Below, piece after piece: positions 25,501-38,740 of a DNA stretch of 64,000 nt. The notes beneath the pieces were generated by a model that had not been told where the DNA came from, searched no databases, and was given only the letters and a program-made list of their open reading frames with translations. Origin of the DNA: Vicugna vicugna (lineage: Eukaryota); the NCBI GenBank assembly GCA_013265495.1, contig MU058636.1:3397967-3461966 (forward strand), given 5' to 3'. A program made the position numbers and the translations under genes. Within the stretch, counting starts at the first letter, position 1. Each line of letters begins with the position of its first letter.

Positions 25501-28500
25501 ATCAGCCATTTATTTCCAAAGGCCAGAAGCTTCCACAATGAAGGCGACTTGCATGTTCTCTTCTTGCAGAACATTAAGGAGGAGGCTTGATGGAAGCCAA
25601 GCGATTCTGCTATCCCATTGTGTGGTTCTGTTATCATATTGCTTTTCTTTTTAAGCTTCTTAGCTATTATGCCAAATATGAAAGTAACTCTGACTACTTT
25701 GCATTCATATTCTACAGCTTAATTTGAATAGCCTTTTAATAATTTATCAGTAAAAGATAATCTTACCTTTAGATAAGTGATTTTGCAGGGTACATTTTGC
25801 CGCATTATTATGGAGCTCTTTGTATTTTTCTAGGTCTAGTACTTGTTATAGAGAAATACAAGTCCAATTTTGTCCTAAAAATGAGAGGATTTCAGTATTC
25901 CAAGTATTCTACCAAGTGAGTTACATCTGAAAATTAAAGTAAAGAAGTATAATTTTAATTTCTTCTTGAAAGAAGCAACTGTTTTTGAAAATGCTCCCAA
26001 ATGTATTAATTCTAACTCTTTGCATGCATATATTTTTATGTTTGACCTTTATCTATGATCATCTTTGGCTCTCAGTTGCATACATTTTATCATTTCCCAA
26101 GTCTAGAAGACTTCCTGTTGAGAAATATGAACTGGGTTAATGGAAACTCTTTGGGAAACAAACTCAGACACCCAGGATTTCCCTTTGTGCTGTGAAATGC
26201 AAGATAAGCAATTTGATTTGGACATAATATCAGTCTTTAGTCAGGCAGCTGGGGAATAGGCAGTTAGAATTAAAACATGTTGGACCACGGACAGTCACTC
26301 TAGCGAGTGGGCAAGTCGCTGTGCTTCGCACAGTTTCAAACTGCTCCGTCAGAACTTAATTTGAGAGTCTGTATACATGCACCACTGAAAGTGGCCATGA
26401 ATAGATGCATCTACCCATTAGAGCTGTTGGAGTTTTAAAACCATAAGATCCGGCTACCCTGATGTGATGAGAATTCAGACATCATGATATTAACACACGC
26501 TTCAACCAGAACCGAAAGGAAAGAAATTACATGCTCTGTTTCTTTCTGTTTTTTCTGAAGTGAAGGTTGAGAGAGGAGGTGAGGTGAGGCTGAAAAATAT
26601 GAACCGAGGCCTATGCAAGCCACGATCACAATTGTGAGAAATCCACTTTTGTTTTAACTGAAATTTGGTGATTGAAATGCCTGGAATACACACCGTAACC
26701 CGGGTGTCGTTGCTTTAGGCTAAAGGTGGAGATTGAAGGTGAGGTGCAAAGGGTGCCTGTGACGTCGCTGAAAGGAACAAAACCAATGCAAATTTCACAG
26801 ATTAAAAAAAAAGTAGCTTCTCCAACTCTAGGTTGTGCTTGGTTCGCTGCACCTTTTCTCAAGCCTGGGCTTCCATCCTCCTTAATGACACTGTGTGTGC
26901 TCCCCACCTTTCCAGTGAGATCCTCAACAAGCACGCTGGGGCCCTTGCACCTCCCTTTGGTGATTGGTAATAGCATCTCCCCTGTCCTACAGCTACACAT
27001 GGATTTGCTCACTCTCCTTTTATGATATTATTTTACAAACTGAGCTGTTAAGATTGTGTTTGAACTTTCTGAATAAGAACTTTAATTAGGGAATCAGAAG
27101 GTTTAAGCTCATGCTTTTTAACAACTGAAACCAGTGTCTATAATTTTTCATATCTAAAATATAACTATTACCTGCTTAGCTTTTTTTACTTTCAACTTGT
27201 AAAGAAAGTTTTCCTTCTTCTCAAGTTCCCTTTTTTACATCTAGTAGGACCAGCTCTTGGGACTGTCATCAGTTACAGGAAATGCACACACCTCAGGGGG
27301 CAATAATAAATCACCAAGTTGCCAAGAAGTCTAGGGATTTTCTTTCTTTGTCTAGTCATTGTCACAGCCAGTGCCTTCTTCAAAGACATGTTTTCATTTC
27401 ATTGCCATATTTGGTGACTAAGAGTTTTCTGGTCAATTTAGTAAACTTTTAACTATCTTAGAATTTAATTAGCTCAATAGAGTGGCCAAAGGAACCTCCA
27501 CATGACCACACATACGGATACATTTGAAATAAATGATGCCTGCTGACCAGGGTGGGTGGGCCGCTCCTCTTGTTAGTCTGTGGGGTGACTGTGAGTTGTC
27601 TTGTTTTTGTTTTGGAGGGTGAGGGCCACTGGTGTAGGCAGATTTCCAAACTACCCAAGAGAACATAACCAGGAACTCACAGCCAGCTCCGAGAGGACTG
27701 TACAGCTGGCTGGACGGGGAGCAGGAAGGAGAAGGGGTTGATAAAGGCACTAACATTGTTTCACTTGCAAAGCATAGAGCAGAGCTAGAGAACTGCCGTG
27801 TCCCCACAGGAGGGGAGGAACCAGGGAGGCTGCAACCAACTTCCAAGATCCTTTTATTGAATCAGAGAAAACAATGGGTTTCAACCACAGCGGAACTGAA
27901 AATGGGGTTCATTTCATTTAGCACCAGTCATTTCCACGCGTTGATCAGTAATGTTCACCAGCCTAAAGGTGCGGTACCCAGAGAGCCAGCTTTGGGAAGA
28001 AGCTTGTTAAGTCGCCCGTTGCACTCTGTTCTCCACCACGTTGTCTGCAGTACAGGCATCTAGGTACAGACGGAAGAGGAGGCCGCTGGATATTTGGAAA
28101 GTCACCCAAACACAAGAAATGTTTAAAATGTCAAGGGGCTATTTTTCTCATAGTTGGGATGGGAGTGGGGCCCGTCATGAGGGCACAGACCTGCTCTGTG
28201 AAATCCACTTCAAAAGCTGGGGCTGTCTTCAGACAGACCTTTCTTGCTCCCTAATAACCCAACTGTAGATTTATCATGAGAGAACTTCTCTACCAACTTT
28301 TTGGAACATATTTTTATTTTCACCTGGTTGGCTTGAGAGTAGTGAGTAAGCACCAAGTGATTCTCCCCCTTCAGCCAGATGTCAGCCCTTTAGAGACACA
28401 GCCTGAGAGACTTCCAAAATGAATAAACATCTCCTGCTGTTTAAATAGCCAGCCTTCAAACTGATTCAGAAATCACCCAGGCAGGTATTCTGGGTCCCCG

Positions 28501-31500
28501 TGTGATTCTGGACGTGTCGCTGACCTCTCTTCAGGCTTAAGTGAAGTTAATGTTTTTCCCTCCTACCCACTCACAGCAGTGCCTTGGGGATGGGGAAAAA
28601 AAAAACGGATGTGGCAAAGTCCAGGGCAGATTTTCTAAATGCCACAGGAAAAATCAGGTTAAAAGTGTTTCTCTTTTGTGAAATGCAGCTGCCATGTGAA
28701 GGACCCAGGGCACACAGTCGTCTCGGTTCAGGGACACACACGTCCGTGTTTCCAGAACTCAAAACCCGGGGTGAAACGACACGGTGGAAGGTTTTAAGAA
28801 AGGGAACAGTGTGTCCTTTTTCCACCTAGGAGGCAAGTCCTCTTCTTGCTGATGTCTCTGGAAAAGCGAGTGTGGTCAACATAAAGGTATTTTACTGATG
28901 GTGCTGCTATAAAGAGACCTCAGCGTTCACATCTCGGAAACCTGTCTTCAGATGCAGTTTCACCCCGACAAGTGATCAGGACTGAGCTTTCCTGAAGGAA
29001 ACTTTGGTTATTGGTTTAATTATAGGCTTTGGGAGGGGACCCTGGCTGCATCTTTGGTCCCTTCTCAACTCTTGCTCCTTCCTTAAGACATGTTCATCCC
29101 CCGCGTGGTCTCCTGCCAGCGAGACACCGCAGACTCTGTGCAGGAACGCCGGTCCCTGCGAAAGGGGCCACACACGCCGAATCAGTGTGCAACACGGGGA
29201 TGTCTAAAGAGCTGTCTTTCCAGCAGCACACGCTCCTGCACGCCTTCCACCACTTACTGGACACATTTAATCAGAAGTCAGGCTGGCTGGGATTCTGGCC
29301 ACAGATGCAAGGCCTTGGTCAGAAGAGTTGTCCAAAATGCCAGCAAGCAAAACTGAAGTGCTCATTTTTTCTTGATGGGAAACACCAGGCTATACACAAC
29401 CCCACGGAGGCAAGAAACGGGAACGGGCTTTGCCGTGGACCCATCCGGAGGAGGTGAGGCGCTGCGGGCTGTGGCCACCTGGTCCAGCAGTGAAAGACAG
29501 GACGTCGGCCAGCATTTCGGAAGGAAGTAGTGAGGTGTGGGGGCGCCTTCCCAAGTCACCCCTTAAGTTTAAGGCTGCCGCTCAGACTTGGGAATGCGCT
29601 TCGCAGTGGCTCCCGGACGTGGATGGAAGAGTTGGAAGGGCGTTTGGGTTTTTGGCTGGCGGGTTGGTGTTTTGGTCTCGTCATCGTAGCCATCCGGTGT
29701 GGTTGACACAACTTTAGAAAGCCCCAGTGCCTGCCCTGGAAACTCTGGAGAACCAGACATTTAATTTGCTTATTACTCTTTCATTAACGTATCTAACAAA
29801 CTCCACGGAGCACTGCGCTTGGTGCTGGAGATACAAGCGGGAGGAGACCCACACCCTGCCTCTGGGAGCCTCCAGCCCGGAGCCTGTTGCGGTTCTGCAG
29901 GTGTGGTTCCAGGCAAATCTGCCCCCTGGACCACCCGTTCTGCACACTGGAATCAGAGACAAGTGATTTCTTGAGCTCACCAATAACCAGTTCTCGCCAA
30001 AAATGCCATCTAGATACAAGAAAGAGATTCCTGTGACCTATTTGCAAATACTTTGCTTAAAACTACAGTTGGAAAACAAAAGTAAAACAGTGGACCTTTT
30101 CAGTCTAAAGTGAGGTGATCTTACTGGGCCCCTGTGTATTTTTGTATAGCGTCAAGGGCAGAGCAAGAAGGGAGGTTAAGGAGAGAACTGCTGGAGCCCC
30201 CTGTTCACTGTCTTGGATTCATAATCCCTCTTCTCCACACTGGAGAGGCTTACGAGGCTGACACCCACACGAGGCCAAGGAGGCAAATCCAACTGTAATG
30301 GCTTCACACAGTTCAGTCAGATAGACTTGTTTTTATAGAGGGAAAAGCCTTCAGATAATGAGACTGGGCAGAGCCTGGGAAGTAGAGGTGAACGTCCAGT
30401 CTTGAAATGACCCCTCTGATCTTTGCCGAGCGCCCTGGGCCAGTCCCCTGACGTCTTTGGGCCGCAGTCTCCTCACTTGTAAATGAGGCACTGTGCTCAG
30501 TGACACCTGAAGGCCCTTCTCATCTAAACCTTCTGTAATCTCAGCTAAAGGTGGCACCGTGCAGTGTGGTCTGCGATTTTAATTCATTGATGAGGCATTT
30601 AATCAATGGCCAAAGCGGCTTCAACGCTCAGATTAGAATAATTATGGCGAAGCTTCAAGGCTATAATGAAGTAAAAGAAATGAGCCATTTCACACCTCTG
30701 CTAGAGCTCTCCTTTCCAGCTCTCAACAGGAGAACAAATAAACAGCGATGAATTCATTCAGAAGCAAAGATTATTTTTGGCAGTTAGAAAAGTTAGCCCC
30801 TTCTTTGTTTACACATATGCATTATATACATGCATAGGTGTCTGCGTTTATAAATGTGTACATTCATGCTGCCATTTGTCATGAAACGTGACTATTCCCA
30901 AATAATAAAGTTACAATTGCTAGTGTTTATAATACTTATTGAGCACCTACTGTGTGCCCAGCACTGTTAAAGACTTTGTTAATATTATCAATAACTTTTC
31001 ATTAAATTCTGATGTTTCCACTCTTAACACCCACCCATTTTGATTTCTCAAAATGTGGACGTTTATAAAGTTTATAGCAACCATCTTGTCGAGCAGGCAT
31101 AACTCTTAAGAGTGTCGAGAAACGATATTTCATAAAAAGGAGTCCAGTTTGTCTGAACTTTTGAACATAGCCTCGCTGGAAAGGCATCCATTTGATCATG
31201 TTGTGTCTGGGGGTGGGGCTTCTGCCTCTAAATAACTCTTCTTTGGGAGAGAGAGGGAAAACCTTGGAGTACATGGCCAGTGGAAAACATTTCCATCTCT
31301 TTCGAGATCAGGGGGAAAAAAACACCTCAGTAAGGCTCAAGGAAAAGTTTCCTGGCAACGAGGGTTACATTTGATAAGTTTCTCTGATATTTGAGTCACA
31401 TCTTCTGGAAACAGGTTATAGAATAAAATTCCACACAACTGACACAGTTCAGGTATGGTTCTTTCTGTCGGACCATACAAAATCTACACTCGCACTGAAA

Positions 31501-32903
31501 TTTCGCAGGATCGCCAATTTTCCTACTCTTCGGCCTTGCAGCCCTCCCAGAGCAGTGAGGAAGCATTCAGTAGCATAAGGGACGTGTTTCATATTATGAT
31601 GCTTATAATTCTACATGTTTTCCCCAAATGTACAAATATAAAATGTGCTACGTTCTCCTCATATGCTTGCATATGGAAAACAGAAATAAAAATTGTTTAC
31701 TTTGGCTGCAACAAATGTCATTCTCTTGCTTAGTGGCTTTTGATATCCTTCAGCCAAACCAAACACGCAACTTCTCGAGAAACCAGAATCTGTATTTAAT
31801 ACAACAATGAGTTTCTCACTCCCAGCCTCCCTTCTCCCTCTCTCTTTCTAATGACTCCATTGTTAAATAAGAAATGGATAATGTGAACTTCCCCAGCAGC
31901 ACCAGTCGTATTTGTGGCTGTTTCATAAGTAATTTAGGAAAGCAGCTGAAGCACAAAGAAGCTAAATTATTAATTACAGTATATTTCTCTGCTGGGTAAC
32001 ACGATAATCTTCAGTATTAATGCCTTCCTTACAAGGGTAGGGTTAGGAGACTGAAGTCAGTGGGTTAAACTGATAAACAATTATGAAATATTTTCAGGTG
32101 AATCATTGGTTCTGATTTTATCATTAAACCAAAATAGCGCCTCATTTAATGCATGCATGGTCTAAATATTTATCTATGTTGATGTGTTGATCTTAATTGT
32201 TCTAATACCTTCTTTAAAAGGTTCTATTTGAGAGTCATACACCCTTTGATTCAGTTCTCCAAAGTCAAGTGCAAGCTTACCCATCACGAATTCAGGGGCT
32301 CCTGTGGTGTGGGCCAGACGGCCAGGACCGAGCGGTGTCCCCAGTGATGGAAACCAGCGGTCAGAACCCCACCTCGCCTGAGCTGGTAATTTGGGCAGGT
32401 CACAGGTTAACTCAAAAGCTATGACTAGTGGACACGTGTCCAACGTGGCTGTTGTCTGGAAGTCTGTGCATCCGGCAGCCAGAGTAAGTCAGAAGAGACA
32501 CTGGTTCTAATGTTTCTCTTTAGCCAAACATGAAAGAGTTTAGGCAGAGATCATTAAGCAAATGAAGAAGGACAACAACAAAAGCGCACAGGGCACTCCT
32601 CGCCTGGTTCAGACATCACCTCTGTAGGGATGCGATCACTCCCTGCGGGCCAAGCTCCTGCTTCAGAGTCCAGGGCTTCTACCTACTTTAGCCATTGTGT
32701 CCTCCTCATGACCCCCTGCTACCTCCAAAGCCTGAGCGCCTCTTCCATCCATACCTGAGCTACTCCGTTTCTTACCTCCCTCAGTACTCGGTTTATAAAT
32801 CCTGAGCATTACCATTTGCTCTTTTCCCCCTAAATTTGCATTTCCTCCCCCCTCCTTAAGCCACGCCCACTGCTCCTTTTGCATTCAAGACTATGTTACA
32901 CAA

Positions 32904-33033
32904 GGGGGGAAGGTATAGCTCAGTGGTAAAGTGCATATGGAGCATGCACAAGGTTGTGGGTTCAATCCCCAGTACTGCCATTAAAATAAATACTAATTAT
33001 CTCCACCACCACCACCACCCCCACTGGCAAAAA
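32904..33033 (+). mobile_element. Camelid tRNA-derived SINE (Vic-1-like)
   Basis: ggtatagctcagtggtaaagtgcat...gggttcaatccccagtac; TSD aagactatgttacacaa (32887-32903) / aaggctatgttatacaa (33034-33050). Confidence 0.9.
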
Positions 33034-33061
33034 AAGGCTATGTTATACAACATTGTAATAA

Positions 33062-33125
33062 AAGACTATGCTACACAACATTGTAAATCAACTATACTTC
33101 AATAACAACAAAACTCAAAAAGTAA
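33062..33125 (+). mobile_element. Extreme 3' tip of an L1
   Basis: acacaacattgtaaatcaactatacttcaata followed by an A-rich tail; same family signature as 17752-17823. Confidence 0.7.
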
Positions 33126-33818
33126 AATTTCAAAAACTGGGTTGGTTTGTGCCTACTCCTCTTGGAAGCAGACCTGAGGCTGGGGCATACGGTCCTGAGT
33201 GGTCCCTCCGCACTGCTCGGTTCTGGCTGTCTGGCCCCAACCACGGGAGTCCCAGAATTCGTGTCTGGCAAGCTTGCACTTGACCTCACAGAGTGAGTAC
33301 CCACAGTGGATGGAGGCACACGTGAGTGACTGTTGGTTTGGTAGAAGCTGTTTAGTGCTAAAGTGGCATTGCTTTTCACTATAGAAAAATCTAGTAATAT
33401 TTTTTCAGCACACAAGAAAGAAAATGCTATCTTGAAGCAAATGGATATATGTTAAGATGATGTAGAGTGCAACAGGAATTACTTTCTACATGATGCTTTG
33501 AAATAGAAGTTGAAAAGACAGTGGAGACATGAATGTGACTACTATCTCCCCACAGACGAGGGAGGGGAGCTGGTGTGTGCCCAGAGCTATGAGTCTACTG
33601 CCTTCATACACCCACATGCTAGTGATTTTTGAGTAGGATTAGAAAAGGCAAATTCCATAGCCCCAAAATAGCAGGCACTACTCAACTGATGAATAGGTTA
33701 GTCCACAAGACAGCTCCCAACTGCCTGCTGGCCCTACCCCAGTTAAAGGAACTTCCAGAAATAATCCTTCTTCAAATTGGATTATCTATGCAAAAGATTC
33801 TTTATTAACAATTTGCAT

Positions 33819-34027
33819 CAGGGTTTGGCACATATCCATGAGCTAAATCCAGCCCACCTCTGGTTTTGGTAACTAAAATTTTCTGGCAACACAGCCCACC
33901 CCATCATTTTTGTATTGTCCATGGCTGCTTCCCACTATAATGACCCAGCTGAGTAGTTGTGACAGAGACCCTGTGGCCCACAAAATAAAAAATGGTCCTT
34001 CAGGGGAAAAGTTTGACAATGCTTGAC
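33819..34027 (+). mobile_element. MER58A-like hAT relic
   Basis: cagggtttggca...aaatccagcccac...ttgtccatggctgctt...gagtagttgtgacagagacc...aaaagtttg. Confidence 0.8.
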
Positions 34028-34208
34028 CTACATAATTTAAAGAGAGAGTAGTTTGGTCAAACATGCTTTCTCCAGTGGGAAAGTAATAGGGTTGGATATA
34101 TTCTTTTCTGAAATAAATGAGGGACCCAGGTCTCCCATCCTTCCCACTGGGGCAGACCTGGGCCTGGAATCCGGCTGGCTAAGGGAGCAGTAATGTCTGG
34201 TTACCAAG

Positions 34209-34302
34209 TAGAGTAACCATCTAGTCCTGGTTTTCTGGGGACTGTCGTGGTTTTAAAACTGAGCCTCATGTTCCAGGCAAACCAGGACAGTTGATCACCC
34301 TG
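34209..34302. mobile_element. MER81/MER94-like hAT-Blackjack MITE
   Basis: Inverted termini tagagtaaccat...gtcctggttt / aaaccaggacagttgatcaccctg. Confidence 0.65.
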
Positions 34303-34304
34303 AC

Positions 34305-34530
34305 ATGTAGTGAATAGCTTGTAGGGTCTGAGGCAGACTGACTTGGGTTCAAGTCCCACTTCTTTGACTTCATGCTGTGCAGCCTTGAGTAAATTACTTA
34401 ATCTCTCTGAACCTCAGTTACCCTATCTATGAATTGGGATTGATTCGTTTTTGAGGAGATATGGTAAGGATTAAAGGGAATTATGCACAGAAGGAGCCTA
34501 TGACAGAAGGGGCCCTTACTAAATATTCAT
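34305..34530 (+). mobile_element. MIR SINE
   Basis: gggttcaagtccc...ccttgagtaaattacttaatctctctgaacctcagtt. Confidence 0.8.
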
Positions 34531-35184
34531 TCCCTTCCTACCCTTTAGACCATTAAGGGCTAGTTTTTTCTTACTCAATCTTTAGCCAAAATTCCTCTTT
34601 TCATAAAACTATCAGAAGGGGTAATTCAACACCTTTCTTATGCACTCCATTTTCTAATGATGTCATTCCTTTGCCTTTTACAAATAAATGTCCTAATAAA
34701 CAAATAACTTGTCCTGTAGTGGGGGAAGTAGCCCATACACGTAAAATTGCCTGATTTTCAACTTAACTGTTTTATGTTTTAAACATAAACACTTGCAGAT
34801 GAGTGGTGGTTGAACTCTGCTCTGTCCAGTGATGGACACAACCCAGGAAGGTTTGCTGCGCCCAGATAAAGTAGTTGGTGATGCTCCAGGTCCACAGCCA
34901 GATGCTGAACTCTCGGGGAAAGAGGCTCAGGGACTTTTTTCTAATCTAGCATTTGTGCCTCTAATGGAGGATGTTGACAGAGGCTGTGAGCGCTACCTCT
35001 CTCATGATTCATCTGATGGTCACTATGACCGAAGCACTAAGTGGACCAACACGCTCATTAATTTTTTAAAGAGGTTAAGAAGACACAGACGGCAGTGTCC
35101 AAATCTGATAGCAACTTACATGTCGTTAAAGGTCCCCAGGATGAGATCCAAGGGACGAGACAACATTAATCTTATCCCAACTCA

Positions 35185-35577
35185 CAGCATTTTGATTTAA
35201 GATCCAGTTGGTTAGCAAATGTGCAGGATGGAATTAAATAATATGTACTCCTGTGGTAGTTTATATTCCCAGTTACACTTAAAATCCTAGTTGGTCCCCA
35301 GCAAATTCAATTTCCTTCAATTTCCTGTAGCTATAGGACTTTGAGAAATCAATTATTTTTTTTACTAAATGAATCCAAAACTATCAGCATTTTAATTTAA
35401 TGCTCAGTTTCTTAGCAAATGTATAAGATCGAATTAAATAATGTGAACTCCTGTGGTAATGTATAACTTAAAAAGTTCCAAATACCTACTCAATCATGGC
35501 TGATTCCCAACAAATTCAATTTACTTGAGTCTGTGGCCATGTGATTTTAATAAATCAAATTTTTTACCAAATTAATT
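35185..35577. repeat. Diverged direct tandem duplication, period ~200 bp
   Basis: cagcatttt[g/a]atttaa...ttagcaaatgt...gaattaaataat...actcctgtggta...caaattcaattt...aaatcaa..ttttttac occurs from 35185 and again from 35385. Confidence 0.85.
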
Positions 35578-35767
35578 GGTCAAATCAGTCAAAATTTACA
35601 AATTCTGTGAGAAAATAAGTCGGTTGATTGGCTGATTTTAATAGCTAATGCAGCAAAATGAGTCAAATTATTAGCTCAGAATACTTACTTTAATAATACT
35701 TACTGCTTTAATTTGATTTAAACTATAAGCATCTGTTTGCCTTTTCGATTAGGAAAACACCAAAAAG

Positions 35768-35927
35768 CACTGGTCTCCAAACTTGGCTGTGCCTTAGAAC
35801 CATCTGGGGAGTTTTCGAAACTTCCAAAGCCTAGGCCACACCCCTGGTCAATTAAATCAGAATCCTGGTGGGTGAGACTCAGGCTTCAGTCCCTTTGTGA
35901 GCTTCCCAGGTGATTGGGAACCACTGA
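35768..35927. mobile_element. MER5A/B-like hAT relic
   Basis: ctccaaacttggctgtgccttagaaccatctggggag...ccacacccc...aattaaatcagaatc...cttcccaggtgatt...gaaccactg. Confidence 0.75.
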
Positions 35928-36104
35928 CATCAAATAATTAGAGTTCAAAGTTCAAATAATTAGAATGAAGCCATGGTAGTATGTTTTGCATTAAGGTGGA
36001 AACCCAAGTTGAAGGAGAAATGAGAATGAGACTTTGTAATAACATAATAGTAATTACTGTAAGCGAGTAATTTATTATATAATTTGTTATTGTTCTGTAA
36101 AAGA

Positions 36105-36340
36105 TGATAGCTATGTATTGAGTTCTATCCAAGTGCCAAGCACTGTGCCAGGCATTTTACATGGATTATTTTATTAAATTCCACACATGTCCTCAAAGCC
36201 TTATAAAGTCAGTGTGATTATTGCGCCCGTTTTACAAATGGGGACACTGAGGCACAGGAGGTTAAATACTTGCCCAAGGACACACATCTAGCAAGTGGTC
36301 AGGTAAGAGCCGGCACAAAGCCGTGCGAATCCAAAGCCTG
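36105..36340 (-). mobile_element. MIR SINE
   Basis: attgcgcccgttttacaaatggggacactgaggcacag...ttgcccaaggacacac. Confidence 0.8.
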
Positions 36341-37099
36341 TGAGTGAATTGTTTTTGAAAAGCAGTGACTTGAAACTCAGTGCTGCTTTAGGTCTTTGGA
36401 CATCACAATCTTATTTCTCTGGGGTATTGTTTTTTGGGGTTTTTTCCACTTTTCTTTGTTTCTGGATGCAAAGGCCTCTCCAAACAGCGCACAAAAGCAA
36501 TTCCTGATGCCCCTGAGAGAGAGGTAGGCCTGGATTTATGCATATAATAGGCAGAGGAGTTAATATTCTGCATTAAGAGCTCCCTCTGTCTCAGGGGAGT
36601 TGCTGGCAGACTTAAAGCACTCTCAGGCAGCAGAAAGGAAACCTGAAACAAAACCCCCACCTGGGGGAAAGACGTATGTGCTGAAACATCTTTAAAATTT
36701 AATTGAAAAAGAGAAAGAATATAATGGAGCTTCCCATTCACCGAAAATCTTGTTATTTCATAAAATCTTCAGTGCTGACCTGTCAACCTGTATGGGCTTG
36801 CTTTTAAAGTTTTGGGGGTTTGGGTTTTTTTTTTTTTTTTTTTTGGAGGTAGGCCGTCTCGGTAACATGTATTCAATACCAGCCGAATTCTTAACATTCA
36901 GCTGATAAACATTAACATTTGAGGTTGCATAATGAAAAATAAAACAGAAAGAAGAGAGATGAAAATACAATATAATGTCATGGTCGTTTACAACAGTTTC
37001 CTGCGACAATTACAGCTCTGCACACTCATCTCTGAATTGTGTCTTCTCTTGCCTTTTCACATAAAAGCTGAGAGAGGAGATAAAACTGCCCTGAGAAGC

Positions 37100-38460
37100 T
37101 CCCCCAGGACCGAGGCCGACCGTCAGAGCAGAATCCGGGCCAGTCTCAGCAGTTGTGTTTTCTCACGCAGCCCACTTACCTCAGGAGAGTAGTTCTCCTT
37201 CTGAGCATCGCCCAGACCCAGCACAGCCCCGGCCGGGAGGAGAGCGGGGGCTCTGCGCCTGCCCCGCAGCCGCCAGGCCATTGCCAGGATGGGACGGAGC
37301 CTGCAGCCCACGGCAGGCCGGGCGCCCGCCACCCTGCCAGGGCACCTTGGCCTTGGAAGGGACCAGAACTCCCCTGCAGCCCCAGGCAGGGCTTCGGAGG
37401 GAGCAACCCGCGTCCCGGTGGAGGGCTGGGTCCCGGAGCTCAGTGCTGCCAGGGGGCGTCCTGTTTCCAGGTGGAGCTGCGCACCTGTGGAACGTGCACC
37501 CACCTTCCAGAAGGGTGAAAGCGCTGGGCGCCAGCCACGCTCGGCTTCCAGAATGTCACCTCCCACTTCTGGGGGGAAACAGACCAGGACTGCGCACGAG
37601 CCGGACCCCATCCCTAGTCTGACTGTGTGGGAGCAGAGCACGGGGTCCGTTTTAATTTCCTCATAGGCTTCCTTCTTTAAAGACAAATTTTCTATAGTGC
37701 TTTCTAAATAACACTCATGTTTGCAAGTTTAGGAGCGTGGCCGGGGGAGAATGTGAGTCTTGTAGCTAGCAGAAAACTCAGGAGAAAAATATTTTAAGGA
37801 GATGATGTCAAAAGACTGAACAAATCCCGAAGGAAAAGCCAGGCAGGCACCACGAACACGGAGGTTGCCTGAATCAGCTCTCCCCGGAGGCTCGCGTCCC
37901 CCCTCCACGTCGTGCAAAGGAGGCAAAGGTCGGCGCCGGCCCAGCCCCGGGCCGTCCCGGAGACGGTAGCAAGCGCTTAAGGGCACGCGCTCGTTCCCCT
38001 TCGCCGGCCCTGCGTCGGCCCGTGTGCGCCAGCACGGAGAAGGGCGGCCGTGGTCTCCGCGGGCGCGCCGGCCTGACCCGGGGAGGGCTCTGCGCGGCTG
38101 CCTCGGGGCCAGGAGGCCCGGCTCCGCGGTGGCAGCAGCTGGCGCGCTTCCCGGCGGCTCCCTGCAGCTGCAGCTGTCCGTGCTATTTGCAGCTCTCCAC
38201 ATCCTGAGAGCTGGAGGCCGGGCCTCTCCTTGGAGCGTGTGAGTAAGACACACTGGCAGGCAGCGAGAGGGAGTAACTGGGAAAACGGGAAAGCGGTCAG
38301 GGCCTTCCTGGATCAGGGAAAGGCCAGGAAGTGGGGAAACAGAGCCCTGCAGGGGCCGAGGAACTTCTGCTGGGGCTGCCCAGGGTGGGTCACGGAACCT
38401 CAGCGGCCCCCGCTCCCCGCCAGAGCCTCTGAAAGAGGGTGAACAGCGAGCCCCTAGCCG
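37100..38460. promoter_or_regulatory. Bipartite CpG island without a coding gene
   Basis: Two GC/CpG-rich blocks (~37100-37650 and ~37850-38460) separated by a short AT-rich spacer. Confidence 0.75.
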
Positions 38461-38489
38461 AGCTGGGAAATGAACCACCTTCCTGCTGG

Positions 38490-38740
38490 ATCTCCCCAGA
38501 GGGGCCTTTCCAGACTGTCCACCATGTCCCCCACCTCGGTGACCCGCCTGTTATCACCTTACCCTGAACAGCGTCCAAAACCATCTTTCTTGTGTATTTA
38601 TTTGTTTTTTTCTGTCTTCCGCATGAACACGTGGGCTCCTGGAAACTCGGGAGGTAGGTGCTGGGTCTGATGTTTTTTCTCAATGAGTCTCCTGTGCCAA
38701 GCACGGTGCCTGGCACCTTCGCAAGTGACTGAATGGCTCC
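38490..38740 (+). mobile_element. L2 3' end
   Basis: tatttatttgttttttctgtcttcc...gctcctggaa...gcacggtgcctggcac...gactgaatgg. Confidence 0.7.

Noticed and set aside
37123..38478. 187-aa and 249-aa minus-strand ORFs
   Set aside because: CpG-island composition effect; no recognisable protein family.
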